In this document: positions 12,970 through 26,999 of the stretch, piece by piece
Layout: every line of letters starts with the position of its first letter
Numbering within the stretch: position 1 is the first letter of the stretch
Source: Octopus vulgaris
Taxonomy: Eukaryota
Direction: 5' to 3'
Assembly: GCA_951406725.2 (NCBI GenBank)
Contig: OX597816.1
Coordinates: forward strand, 164,920,001 to 164,984,000
DNA length: 64,000 nucleotides
Made by a program: the position numbers and the translations under genes
The notes under the pieces: model-generated
Database searches by the model: none
What the model saw: the letters and a program-made list of their open reading frames with translations, nothing else
Told to the model about the DNA's origin: nothing

Positions 12970-13138
12970 ACACACATATATATATACGACGGGTTTCTTT
13001 CAATTTCTGTCTACCAAATCCACTCAAGGCTTTGATTGATCAGAGGCTATAGTAGAAAAAACTCTCTCGGACTGAAACTGGAATCATGTGGTTGGGAAGC
13101 AAGTTTCTTACCACACTGCCATTCCTGCGAATATAATA

Positions 13139-13216
<78 letters not shown>

Positions 13217-13377
13217 TGAGAAAGTTGGTATGTGAAAACACGTGGTTGAATATATAGAAAATAGTAAAAAGTGAAAAAACTACAGAAGGCTTGTTTTAAA
13301 AGGTTAAAAAATATATATTTGAGTCATTATGTCTGAAGAATGTTATAAATTTTTTTCATACAATGACATAGTTTTTG

Positions 13378-13417
13378 AAGAAATGACCGGTTTCGCGTTC
13401 AGCTTTTCAAATTTCTT
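13378..13417 (-). ncRNA. Minimal type I hammerhead with U3-A8 core
   Basis: Minus strand aagaaat UUGAAAA gc-ugaac-gc GAAA ccg GUC atttctt; 7-bp stem I; ACCGGT palindrome. Confidence 0.7.
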
Positions 13418-13507
13418 ACATCGTTATGTTTACGTTGAGAAGTGTGAGGGAGAGTTCCAGATAAGGGGAGGTAATAAGTGATTCCTTCCGGTGTAAGGGA
13501 GACAATC

Positions 13508-13610
13508 GCTTCCATTTTACCAATGTGCTATCGGAACACCAACACAAATTAGACTAAACAAGGAAACATTCTTCATTGAAAAATACAAGCCCAAACTTAA
13601 CCATTCCAAC
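13508..13610 (+). mobile_element. Penelope-like GIY-YIG C-terminal fragment
   Basis: LPFYQCAIGTPTQIRLNKETFFIEKYKPKLN fits the RxxxE..FI....PxLN terminus; inverted relative to the adjacent HHR. Confidence 0.6.
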
Positions 13611-13701
13611 ATTCTTATACAGAGGAACTCACTCCAAAAAAAAAGGCAAGAAATATTAAGCGATTCTGTAGTTTTTTCACTTTTTACTATTTTCTCTCCC
13701 C

Positions 13702-13799
<98 letters not shown>

Positions 13800-14469
13800 G
13801 TACATATATGTGCATGTATGCACATATATGTGTGTATGTATACTGTGTGTGTATGTGTTCATGTATGTACTCTTCCGCTCAAAATCTCACAATTGACTGC
13901 AAAAATAAAGGAAATACTAGAACGTGTTATATTTCTTGTCATGCAACAAACGAACAACTTGCCATTGTTTCTCTGATTTGGTCCATTCTTCATAACACAC
14001 AGAGGATAAAAAAAAGCACTACAGACACGCACGAACACACACACACACAAACACAAACAAAGACAAAACAATAAATAGCAAACAATCGCGCAACGACACG
14101 CAACCATTTTGAAATGACGTAATATTGACGTCATAGCTTGTTGAACCCGCTACTCCAACACCGCCATTTTGGGTTCACAGGAATATAGGTTCCTGATTAC
14201 TAATGAGAATACCTGAATTAAATTTACGACAATATAAGAATATATAATTTTCCTTAGTAAAGGAGATGATTGCAAATGATAAAATTGCAAGCTCACCCTA
14301 TTTGCAAAATTGTTTAAACTTTTAGATTTGTGATGTTTATTTTATTTCATTATAATTTATTTTAGATTAATTTATTATTTTTCTTTACCTTAATATTATC
14401 ACGTGAATATTGTGCATCACCTTACTGTCACACGTAGGACAGACTAACGCCTGACAAAACGTTTGTGTG

Positions 14470-15800
<1,331 letters not shown>

Positions 15801-16222
15801 AGATATGCTAACGTACTAATCTATAAAAACAGAGAAGAAAAAAAGCCATCATTGTTCAGATGCATTATGTGCACCTGAGTACATATGTCCTTAATTCTGT
15901 ATTTATTGACATATCTGCATAGTCACAGATCGATACTGTTACATGCAGTCTTTCTTATAATGGCGTGAGGAGAGATGCTCACCAGCTGATACACAGACAC
16001 AGATGGATGTCTTATAACATAAATATATGGCATGGATTTCACGCTGTCTGTCTTGGACTATTTAACGGCAATATTTACCATGAAACATGGGAATGACTAT
16101 TCTCAGAGTAGTGGACACATTTGAAAGATACACAAAAATATAATCGGTTGGACTCCATGCATGCGAAACTCCGGTCAAACGTTTTTGCATCTAGTCCTGC
16201 AAATTGTATTTCTATATGACAG

Positions 16223-16290
16223 ACCATGCTGACGAAATTACAGTTTATCCTTGCGGATATTAATAATCGAAACTGATTCAGTACATGGGT
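16223..16290 (+). ncRNA. Type I hammerhead, copy of 10082-10149 with G10.1->A
   Basis: Identical to the 10.1-kb copy except A at 16236, which breaks the 10.1-11.1 pair. Confidence 0.8.
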
Positions 16291-16475
16291 AATCATTTTT
16301 ATTTCGTATATTTTCATTTGTCTTGCTTATTTTTAATGGTTTGGTTTTGTGCTGAGTTTTTATTTGAGAACATATTCTTTGTGGAAAATAGCGATTTGAC
16401 GTCTATATCTAGCATGTTGACCGTCCACTTTTTGAGTGGTCAGTCCTTTAAATTTTGCATATATATATATATATA

Positions 16476-17216
16476 TAATACAAAATGGGAGAAGAACACA
16501 AAACATCCGGGCAGCCAGGTGATACAAAAAGAGACAACAATTCATCCAGACAGACGACATAAAGAAAACAAGGACGAGTCATTCAAAGTTCCCTTTCTTC
16601 AATCAAGTACCAGACTATCCTTGCAAATTCGGCTGATTATTCTTGAGATTGCTCCAATCTAGCAAGTCCCAAGGAAAAACTAAGCTAAAAGCATTAGATT
16701 CCTTGGAAAGCAGCGAATGTATACAAAAACAAGAACGGAAAACGGACGTTACACAAATATAAATAAAATAAAAATAATAACAGAACATAACAACAGGTGT
16801 CTTTCGACTAAGGACGAATTGAATTAAGCTGGCGCGTGTGGAAATGAAGCCTTACGGCAGAGATACAAAAATTTCACAAACACAGGGAAGAATATTGATG
16901 TTGCACGGACAACAGTCAAACCAAGAAAGAAAGAGCAGGTTTGGCCGATCGGTCACGTGGGAAGAGAAAAGAGAGAAGTAGAAGCAGAGGGACAGCAGAA
17001 TTAAGGAGGGGCTAGAAAAAATGACAGGGACACAGTGAAGTGAAAAGTGGAGGGAAAGAGAGTAAGAAGAGAAGGCAAAGAAATGTGAAAGAGGGGGAAC
17101 GAAAGAACGAAGAGTGGACTGAACGAATAAGCGTGAAAGGGCTGAAAGAAATAGAGTCATACAAGATTTTGAAAAATGTGTACTTATATATAAGAGACCA
17201 AAGTGTATGTACCTCG

Positions 17217-17247
<31 letters not shown>

Positions 17248-17530
17248 ATACAAAATGGGACAAGAACACAAAACATCCGGACAGCCAGGTGATACAAAAA
17301 GTGACAACAAATCATCCATACATGATACAAAGAAAACTAAGACGAGTCATTCAAAATTTCCTTTCTTCAGTCAAGCACCAGATTATCCTCGCAATTTCGG
17401 CTGATTATTCTTGAGATTGCTCCAATCTGGCCAGTCCCAAGGAAAACTTAAGCTAAGAGCATTAGATTCCTTGGAAGAAAGCAGCGAATGTATACAAAAA
17501 CAAGGACGGAAAAAACGGACAATGTTATCA
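16476..17530. mobile_element. Unclassified (TA)n-anchored element with a ~280-bp direct repeat (16476-16760 / 17246-17530)
   Basis: Both repeats start right after (TA)n; a reverse partial copy lies at 53760-53940. PLE pLTR-like layout. Confidence 0.5.
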
Positions 17531-17592
17531 CTCTCTCTTTCTCATTCTTGATGACAAATATATGCATATCTATTTCATTTATCTATCTATCT

Positions 17593-17660
<68 letters not shown>

Positions 17661-18648
17661 ACACACACACAAACATTAAATGAAATACATAAGTTGCTTA
17701 ATCTGTTCATTTTAAAGATCAGCTACTCATCTCATTCGAAATCTTTCTTTTTCATATTGTAAACCTAGTGAGAGCTTTCGAATACTAATTACTTAGATGA
17801 TATCAATTGATCAAAGATTTTTCCGTTCACTTTATAATATACTCTATATAACAGGTTCTATTACATTTTTGTGTTGAACGTACAACACTTCTGGAATATT
17901 TAATCGCAGCTAAATTTTTTGAAAGCTTACTAATTAAACCAGCTTCTCTTTGAACCACAGTTCCTGATAGGAATGTACAGTGAAGATAAAACGGAGATGG
18001 AAAGTTATGATAAAACAGATAAGCATTTTTGGAACAAATTTACTAGAAGAAAGCATACATTCAGCTTGATATAACAGGAAACACGTTCTTACTTACCCAG
18101 CAACTGAGGCATAACGGGTTCAACTGCTGTCAGTGGGTTGGTTGTACTTTTCGATATAAAATGTGAAATCACAGAGGGATAATAATGTTTAATAACGTTT
18201 GATAATGTTTGACGTTTGTAATATTCATAAAGAGCCACACATAGAGGCTGGTGCGGCTGTGTGATTAGGGGCTTGCTTCCAAACCACGTGGATCCGGGTT
18301 CAGTTCCACTGCGTGATATCTTGGGCAAGTGTCTGCTATAACCTCGAGCCGAACAAAGTTTTGTCATTGGATTTGGTAGACGGAAACTGAAAGAGGCCCG
18401 TCGTAGAGTGTACTATAAGCTTTATTTACCATGACGACCGTTTCGGCGTATAGCTGCTCTGCTCCCTAGTGGATGGGGAAGGATATAATGGAATAGAACG
18501 CACCCTACATTGCAGAAGAAATCCGGTCAGGTTACACTCACGCACGCACACACACTCACTCACACACACTCACACACACACACTCACAATCACTCACACA
18601 CAAATTTTTATATATAAGCAGACACATACATATGAGTGTATATATACG

Positions 18649-18685
<37 letters not shown>

Positions 18686-19380
18686 ATGCATGTATATATG
18701 AATTTGTGTGTGTGTGTGTGTGTGTGAGTGTGTTCTACAACCGCTTTACAACCGGTGATGGTTTGTTTACGTCCCAGTAAATTTGAGGATCTGCAGAAGT
18801 GACCGATAGTATAAATACCATGCTTTAAAAGAAATAAGCACCAGGGACAGTTCATTCGACTAAAACCATTCAAGGTGGTGCCCCAGCATGGCCGCAGTCT
18901 AATGACCGAAACAAGTAAAAAAAACAATGATATCAGGTGACACTTCCTTCTTCTACCATCACATTAATAGTCTTTTTGTCGTTCAGTACGTAATCATCTT
19001 CTCCCTGAGCGATCGATTTATCGATCGATCAATCCATCCATCCATCCATTCATTGGATATAACCCTCAAATTAATTGTATATATATATATAGGAGAGTTC
19101 ACGAAAACAACAAAAGACGAAGACAGGTGGTGTATAAAACAAACAGATGTATTAGTATAACGCTCAGGAATAGAAAAAGTCTTTTACGTTTCGAGCCTAC
19201 GCTCTTCTACACAGGAAAAAAAAAACAAAGAGAGAAACGAGGAGAGAAAAAAATGTGTGTAGTAGCTACCGATCTATCATATATATATATACAAAAAAGA
19301 TCGAAAATGCTACTTTCTTAAAATTGGGTACATTTTAATGTTCTTTATAAAAATACATTAAAAGAAGAATGTTTTGGTTT

Positions 19381-19422
19381 TGTTTTACATGTTTCAGTTT
19401 TTGAAAAACCTTATCAAAAATA
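19381..19422 (-). ncRNA. Minimal type I hammerhead with U3-A8 core
   Basis: Minus strand ttt UUGAUAA ggtttt-tca-aaaact GAAA cat GUA aaa; ACATGT palindrome; stem I weak (3 bp). Confidence 0.55.
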
Positions 19423-19684
19423 TGTACTAAAACGTAAAATGTAAAATGGAATATGTAATACTAAAATGGAAGATGTACTAATATGGAATATACTAAAATG
19501 GAGTATGTACTGAAATGGAATATGTAAATATATATACCAGAGTAAGCACATAACTGCGGAACAGGGTGGAAAAAAATAGTACTCGAATACTAGAGGTAAA
19601 ATAATATGCTTTATTAAAAAGTAGCAAAAATGTCACGTGAAACTCTGAGTAACAGTTTTTGTGATATTTTTACTGCTTTTTAAT

Positions 19685-22600
19685 GATGTTCGTCCTTCGG
19701 TTCGAAGATGACCAACTGACATCATCTGATGGAACTGCCGCCATGAGACCGGAGGTGGCTGGTGAGGCCAATCCGGGCAAGGAAGCCCCTCCCACAGGTG
19801 GGGCAGAAGTGGGTAGGGGCAGTGCTACTGGTGCAGGCGGCTCTGACTTTACGCATCTGACGTTTCTGCTCCGCTGACCGAATCCGTCCCTCCTCGGCTG
19901 TCCCTGCTCCCACGGTGATTGCGCTGCGCCAGGATGAGCGGTTGGCAGCAAGTGTCTCCCAGGTCTCTGTTCCGATGGAGAAGTCTTTGAGAGAGACCTT
20001 GAGACTATCCTTGTAGCGCTTTTTCTGCCCTCCGACTTTGCGCCTGCCCTGGCCGAGTTCACCGTAGAAGAGCTGTTTTGGGATGCGAGTGTCGGACATG
20101 CGGGAGACGTGGCCCGCCCATCTCAGCTGGGCCTTGAGCATGATTGTGATGGTGCTAGGGAGATCTGCCTGCTTCAGAACTTCCGTGTCTGGGACTTTGT
20201 CCTGCCAGCGGATGTGAAGGAGATTCCGAAGACACCTGAGATGGAAGTGGTTTATCTGGCGCTCGTGCCTTCGGTAAGCAGTCCACGTCTCGCAGCCGTA
20301 TAGTAGAGTGGTAAGCACGACTGCCCGGTAGACTTTCAGCTTGGTGTTGAGGCTGATTCCTCTCCGCTCCCAGACTTTCTTTCGCAGTCTCCCAAACGCG
20401 CTGCTTGCCTTGGAGATTCTGTTGATGGTTTCAGCATCTATGTTGGCATTGCAGGAGAGAGTGCTGCCCAGGTAGGTGAAGTTTTCCACCACTCGTAAGA
20501 TCCGTCCGTTCACCCTTATCTGAGGCTCATGGTATTGTTTGCCGGGGGCTGGCTGAAACATCACTTCGGTTTTCTTTGCACTGATGGTGAGACCGAAGTT
20601 GTCACAGGCTGATGAGAACCTGTCCATCTCGAGCTGCATCTCCTGCTCATCGATTGCATTAAGGGCGCAGTCGTCAGCAAAGAGAAAGTCTCTGACGACT
20701 GTCTCCCTCACCTTTGTGACAGCCTGCAATCTCCTGGAGTTGAAAAGTTTCCCGTCTGTCCTGTACTTGATGTTGATACCGGACTTGCAGTCCCTAAAGG
20801 CGTCGGACATCATTGCCGAGAACATGATGCTGAACAGTGTTGGGGCCAGGACACAGCCCTGCCTGACTCCGTTGGTCACCTGGAAGGCTTCAGATGAGTC
20901 GCCGTCCTCAAGCATTCTGGCTGTCATTCCGTCGTGGAACTGGCGGACAATTGCAATAAATTTGCTGGGGCAACCAAATTTTCCCATGACCTTCCATAGT
21001 CCCTCCCGACTGACTGTATCAAAGGCCTTGGTGAGGTCAACAAAGGTCATGCAGAGGTCAAGGTGCTGCTCCATGCATTTCTCCTGGAGCTGGCGGGCGG
21101 CGAATATCATGTCAGTGGTCCCTCGACCCGCACGGAAGCCACACTGGCTCTCAGGGAGAAGGCCTTGCTCCAAGTGTTCCAGAAGGCGGTCAAGCAGGAC
21201 CCGGGCCAGGATCTTGCCTGCTATGGACAAGAGGGAAATACCTCGGTGGTTGTCGCAGGACTGCCGATCTCCTTTCCGCTTATAAATGTGGACGATTGTT
21301 GCATCCCGGAAATCTTGAGGGAGTTGTTCCCTGTCCCACATCGACTGGAACAAGCTGGTGAGCTGACTGATCATGGTGGGGCCGCCCGACTTGAACACCT
21401 CTGCAGGGATGGCGTCAGAGCCTGGAGCTTTGCCGGTGGACATTTTTTTGATGGCTCTGCTCACTTCCCCGACTGCAGGGGGAACAGCCAACTCGTGGTT
21501 TGTCGGCACCTGGGGGAGTCGTGCGATGGCTTCCTCGTTGATCTGGGCTGGTCGGTTGAGCACGATGTTGAAGTGCTCCGCCCATCTCTCCAGGATCAGC
21601 CTCTTGTTAGTCAGGAGTGAGGTTCCATCTGAGCTGAGCAGGGGGTTGATCCAAAGGAGAACTGCGGTCCATAGACAGCTTTCAGCGCCTCGTAGAATTT
21701 CTTGGTGTCGTGTTTGTCTGCGTATCCCTGAATCTCATCCGCCTTGGCGCTTAACCATGCGTCTTGCATGAGGCGGAGTTTAGCTTGGACTGTGCTGCGA
21801 ATGTTGTTGAAAGCGGCCTTCTTTGCCGTGCAGGTGGTGTCATTTTGGTGAGCCCGCAGCAGACAGCGTTTCTCTTCCAGGAGCTTTTGCATTTCCTGGT
21901 CGTTTTCGTCGAACCAGTCCTGGTGGTTCCAGAGTTTCAAGGGCGATGGAATGAACCGTGTCCCTGAATGATTCCTACTGCTCATCGATGCTGGACTGGT
22001 CACTCCGAATGTCCAACAGCTTACTGTCCATACGTGACTGGAGATCTTGTGCAGTCAGCTGGTTCCTTAATTTCGTGATGTTAAGCTTCCTCGTCACTTT
22101 CTGACCCTGTGGTCTTCTCTTAGGTCGGATGTAGAAATCCATCCTGGAGATGATGAGGCGATGGTCCGTCCAGCAGTCAGCTCCGCACATGGCTTTGACC
22201 AGTCTCACGTCCCGCCTGTCTTTCGCCCTGACGATGACGTAATCTATCAGATGCCAGTGTTTGGAGCGTGGATGCATCCATGATGTCTTGTTGCGTGTTG
22301 GCAGACGGAACAAGGTGTTGGCGATGGTAAGATCATGAGAGGCACACGCACGCAGGAGGAGCTGTCCGTTGCTGTTGCACTTTCCGATTCCTTGCTTTCC
22401 CAGTACGCGATGCCAGGCTTGGTGGTCAGTCCCGACACGGGCGTTAAAATCCCCAAGGAGGATGAGCTTCCCAGGCTGGGCTGACGTGATGAGGGAGTCG
22501 AGTTCCTCATAGAACCTGTCCTTAACTTCTTCAGGGTTGGTCATGGTGGGGGCGTAAGCACTGATGATGGTCGCACTAGTCTTGTTTCCAAGTGGGAGCT

Positions 22601-23648
22601 GCATCTTCATCAGCCGATCGTTGATACCCTCGGGGAGGGGCTTTCCAGTTTCCGCACGTGTACTGACTTAATGGCAAAACCAACACCAGCCTCACGACGC
22701 TCTTCGCTGCTGCGACCACTCCAAAAGAAAGTGTAGCCGCCGCCTGTCTCTGTCAGCTGGCCTTTGTCCGCAAGGCGGGTCTCGCTCAGTGCTGCAATAT
22801 CGACACTGTATCGGCTCAGTTCTCTGGCCACCAGGGCAGTTCGTCTCTCTGGTCTGTCCGCTTTGGTGTTGTCAAGCAGAGTTCTCACGTTCCAAGTTGC
22901 GAAAGTGAGCACCTTTGTTTGTTTTCTTCTTTCTTTGTTTCGACCGCTTGGAAAGGATCCCCGCCAGCCGCGGTTTGCTGACCAGAGTGAGGTGAGGCAG
23001 GCTATGTTTAGGGCAACCTTTTCTAGCCCCGTCCTCATGCTGGGGAGGCGAGCAGAGCGATCCTGAAGAGGGCTGCTCGGTCACTCAGGAGGCTGCCGGA
23101 CTCCACTGCTGCCTCAGTTCAGTGAGGGGCGACCACATGTCCTGAGCCGCCTGTGTGTGGGTTCACGACTGCAGCTCCCAGTGTATCCTCACCTGCTACT
23201 TCGCCGTTTCCCCATCGCCACAGGACTTTGGGATGGTGTCATGGCGTCATGATGTCGTGACATGCGCATGACTTGGATTATAGTGAGGGTGACTTGCGCA
23301 GGATCAGCCTCACTCTCTCGTCCTGGTGCGCCGGATCCAGTGGCAAGACAAAGTCAAGACGACTGGGGGTAGACTAAGATGCAGGAGCTGCCGGAAGGTG
23401 GCACGCATGGCGCAATCCAACCGCCTTAGGGGCTCCACTCCGGATTTTGGATGGCCATTGACTCATGAGAGAGTTCCTCTGCCCTTTGACAGGTTTTGTT
23501 TTTAGTCCTGCTGGGTGTCCAAATCACCCTCCTCACCAAGAAATCTTGGTGGGGTTGCCAGTTTAGTCGCCAACGACCCGACCATGTAACAGGTTGTACT
23601 GGGTTACATGTTACCAGTAGCTCCAAGCGGATACCTGACATTATATAA
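19685..23648 (-). mobile_element. Full-length RTE-clade (BovB-like) LINE with 11-bp TSD
   Basis: TSD tgctttttaat at 19674-19684 and 23649-23659. APE (TWNVRTLLD, ALSETRL, SAYAPT, GDFNARVG, IDYV, TDHR); RT (KAPGSD, QCGFR, FVDLTKAFD, GVRQGC, LFADD); C2H2 CPTC...HLRSH. Lesions near 22630, 21975 and 21640. Confidence 0.95.
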
Positions 23649-23665
23649 TGCTTTTTAATAAAGTA

Positions 23666-23706
<41 letters not shown>

Positions 23707-23762
23707 GAAATATTAAAATTACTAAGTCTCTCTAAAAGAGATTACGACAGCGTTACTGGAAA

Positions 23763-24037
23763 TTAATTGTTATCGCCATATTAATATGGCAATCTTATAG
23801 ATATAAGACTAAAAGCTGTCGCTGATTAGCTCCATGAGGCCATCGCCTTAAGATAGCTATATGACACACAAACTAGCAGTTTGTGTGTCATATAGCTATC
23901 TTAAGGCGATGGCCTCATGGAGCTAATCAGCGACAGATTTTAGTCTTATGTGTGTCATATAGCTATCCATGGAGCTAATCAGCGACAGCTTTTAGTCTTA
24001 TATCTATAAGATTGCCATATTAATATGGCGATAACAA

Positions 24038-24041
<4 letters not shown>
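23763..24041. repeat. Palindrome (3-nt spacer at 23875-23877) with a rearranged right arm, between (TA)n tracts
   Basis: Left arm 23763-23874; right arm 23878-23949, then a restart with an internal deletion at 23950-24041. Confidence 0.9.
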
Positions 24042-24077
<36 letters not shown>

Positions 24078-24090
24078 CATACACACACAC

Positions 24091-24152
<62 letters not shown>

Positions 24153-24279
24153 CGGGTGTGTATGATTGTGTTCTAGCAAGTCATCAGGTGAGTTGCTCTG
24201 AGAACATACATATATGTATATATAATGCATGTATGTGTGTGTATGTATGTGCCTACGTATATATATATATATATAAAAG

Positions 24280-24609
24280 GGTAAAGACCCCCTTCGGTCA
24301 TGAATGACCATGGGATTGCACCTAGAAAGTTACCCTCCTAGACACAAGTCCGGGCAAGGTTGTTTATGGAAGTCCAGCAGTCGCCCATGCATACCAGCCT
24401 CCCTTGTCCACGCCACCAGTGTTATCCAAGGGAAAGACAAAGGTCGATACAGCTTGGCACCAGTGACGTCGCAACTCATTTCTACAGCTGAGTGAACTGG
24501 AGCAACATGAAATAAAGTGCCTTGCTCAAGAACACAACACGCAGCCCGGTCCGGGATTCGAGCTCACAACCTCACGATCGTAAGCTCGACGCTCTAACCA
24601 CTGAGCCAT
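24280..24609 (-). mobile_element. tRNA-derived SINE family C
   Basis: Head atggctcagtggttagagcg...gagctcgaatccc; body tgtgttcttgagcaaggcactttat...cactcagctg. Related heads or bodies at 44045-44170, 58612-58930 and 55875-56025. Confidence 0.8.
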
Positions 24610-25088
24610 ACAAATATATATAAACACGCACAACACATATAGACAAAGATAACATTCGCCAACATACAGTATACACATGCACACTATTTGGTCACAGTGA
24701 CACACATCCACCCACATACACAAGTGCACGCATCACGTGAAAAAAGCACACATCAACTGCTACACACAACACACGTGCACACACGTTACACACGCACGCG
24801 CACACACGTCAAACTCACTCGCCCCTATTCACACATACACATTTACATACTCACACACACCATTCTCACATGTACACACACGCTTGCGAACCCCCTCTTG
24901 TTGAGATGATATTGAGTTATCTCCCTTTCATTCAACATCTCTTGATTGTTATCTCCCTTCCGATTTGGGATACAATGCACTTATGCTAGATTATCCCGCA
25001 TTGGCACAGATGGGCAAAGAATTAAATCTACTCCAGTACTTTGTTGGTACTTAATTATATCGACCCTAGAATACTGAAAATTAAATTA

Positions 25089-25519
25089 AGGCGGCGAGCT
25101 GGCAGAAAATTAAGGAGGCAAGCTGGCAGAAACGTTAGCACGTCGGGCGAAATGCGTAGCCGTATTTCGTCTGTCTTTACGTTCTGAGTTCGAATTCCAC
25201 CGAGGTCGATTTTGATTTTAAGGCGGCGAGCTGGCAGAAAAGTTAGCACGCCGGGCGAAATGCGTAGCCGTATTTCGTCTGCCGCTTCGTTCTGAGTTCA
25301 AATACCGCCGAGGTCGACTTTGCCTTTCATCCTTTCGGGGTCGATTGAATAAGTACCAGCTATGCACTGGGGGTAGATATAATCGACTTAATCCGTGTGT
25401 CTGTACTTGTTTGTCCCCTCTGTGTTTAGCCCCTTGTGGGTAGTAAAGAAATAGGTCTTTCGTCTGCCGCTACGTTCTGAGTTCAAATTCCGCTGAGGTC
25501 GACTTTGCCTTTCATCCTT
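25089..25519 (+). mobile_element. tRNA-derived SINE family B with reiterated heads
   Basis: ggcggcgagctggcagaa...gagttcaaattcc (B box)...gcctttcatcctttcggggtcgat...agtaccag. Other copies at 52435-52810, 56752-56988, 57451-57682, 60204-60415 and 62045-62255. Confidence 0.85.
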
Positions 25520-26160
25520 AATGTCCAACACTTGTCCTAAGCCACTTTGACTATTGCTCTCAGCTATGGTCACCATCCAGTGTCAAGTTAATCACAGAAC
25601 TTGAGGTGATCCAACGAAGCTACACGAAGAAGATAGCCTCTGTGCAGCATATAAGCTATAGGGAAAGACTCAAGAGATTGAGACTCTATTCCTTAGAGCG
25701 TAGGCGAGAAAGATATGCCATAATATACATCTGGAAGATCCTAGAAGGACTTGTCCCAAACTTTGGCATCGAGAGTTACACAAATGCCAGAACTGGGCGC
25801 CACTGCATAGTGCCAAGGACTCCAAATTTGCCATCAAGATGTAGGACAAGATACTGTGATAGCCTGGGCTTCCGAGGCCCACAGCTCTTCAATATCCTCC
25901 CGGAGAACCGAAGAGACCTGTATTGGGTGGATGCAGATGTCTTTAAAATGAAACTGGATCTCTTCTTGTCAGGTATCCCAGATGAATCAACTTCTCGGCA
26001 GGAGGTGCAGATGAGGGCAGCTGCATCGAACTCTCTCATGCACCAAATGGCAATTGCTAAAGAGCATTCGTGAAGTAAAATCATGTAGCAACATCAAATG
26101 GCGGTGCCCCAGCATGGCCACAGCATGTGAGCTGAAACTAGATAAATGATAAATAAATAA
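25520..26160 (+). mobile_element. CR1-type LINE 3' fragment with 3' UTR
   Basis: LEVIQRSYTK...SYRERLKRLRLYSLERRRER...LFNILP...FKMKLD. Confidence 0.88.
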
Positions 26161-26370
26161 TAATAGCACGTAAGGTAATAAAAAAACAATAAAAAAACAA
26201 TAAATAATATAAAAGACGTAATAGCACGCAAGGAAAGGAATGAAAAAAGAAAAGAAAAGAAAAAATGTAATAGCACGTAAGGTAATAAAAAACAATAAAA
26301 AAACAACAAATAATATAAAAGACGTAATAGCACGCAAGGAAAGGAATGAAAAAAGAAACAAAAAAAAAAA
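26161..26370. repeat. Two-copy tandem duplication of a ~108-bp A-rich unit with taatagcacg subrepeats
   Basis: taatagcacgtaaggtaataaaaaa...aaagacgtaatagcacgcaaggaaaggaatgaaaaaagaaa occurs twice. Confidence 0.85.
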
Positions 26371-26568
26371 CGTGGCCAGAATATTAAAATTCCTTTAAAG
26401 GTGAAAATTATGAACAATTGTAAATAAGGGCAAAAGAAAAAATGTCTATGCCAATATGGTGTGAAATAGACTTTAAATCGTCAATTAACACACACAACGT
26501 ACATCCCTATGAATACACGTTCTGCTGAAATCGAGGAGAGCAAGATAACGGAATGTTTTTTAAATGCG

Positions 26569-26631
26569 TTATCTCTATATTGAATCAATTTCGGGATTAA
26601 TCCAACGGATTTCCCCCTCATCAGCAGATAA
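26569..26631 (-). ncRNA. Type I hammerhead ribozyme, canonical core
   Basis: Minus strand tctg CUGAUGA gggg..aatcc-gtt-ggatt..tccc GAAA ttg-att-ca AUA taga; next to (TA)n. Confidence 0.8.
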
Positions 26632-26666
26632 TACGATATGAAATAAATGAAATACTTATATATGTA

Positions 26667-26759
<93 letters not shown>

Positions 26760-26999
26760 ATAGGATAGATAGATAGATAGATAGATAGACTGATATATTC
26801 ATATATGTATGTACGTATGTATAGATAGATAGATAGATATATAGATAGAGGTATGTATACTCATATGAGTCTCTCTCTCTCTTACCTCGATTTTTCTCCC
26901 TTCCACCCCTCCAACACCAAATTGTACCATCTCATGCTCTCAATTCTTCCGTCTTTGTCGCTTGTGTAACCGCGAGTAAGATTTTGACACTCAGCCTCA

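Noticed and set aside
17385-17445. Hammerhead-like topology in the 16.5/17.3-kb repeat (minus strand)
   Set aside because: GAAA and stems are present, but the core reads UGGGACU and there is no proper NUH.
23555-23645. Formal HDV-like ribozyme call in the RTE leader
   Set aside because: A CUAA + P2-like pairing exists, but P1, P3 and L3 could not be assigned consistently; kept only as a structured-leader finding.
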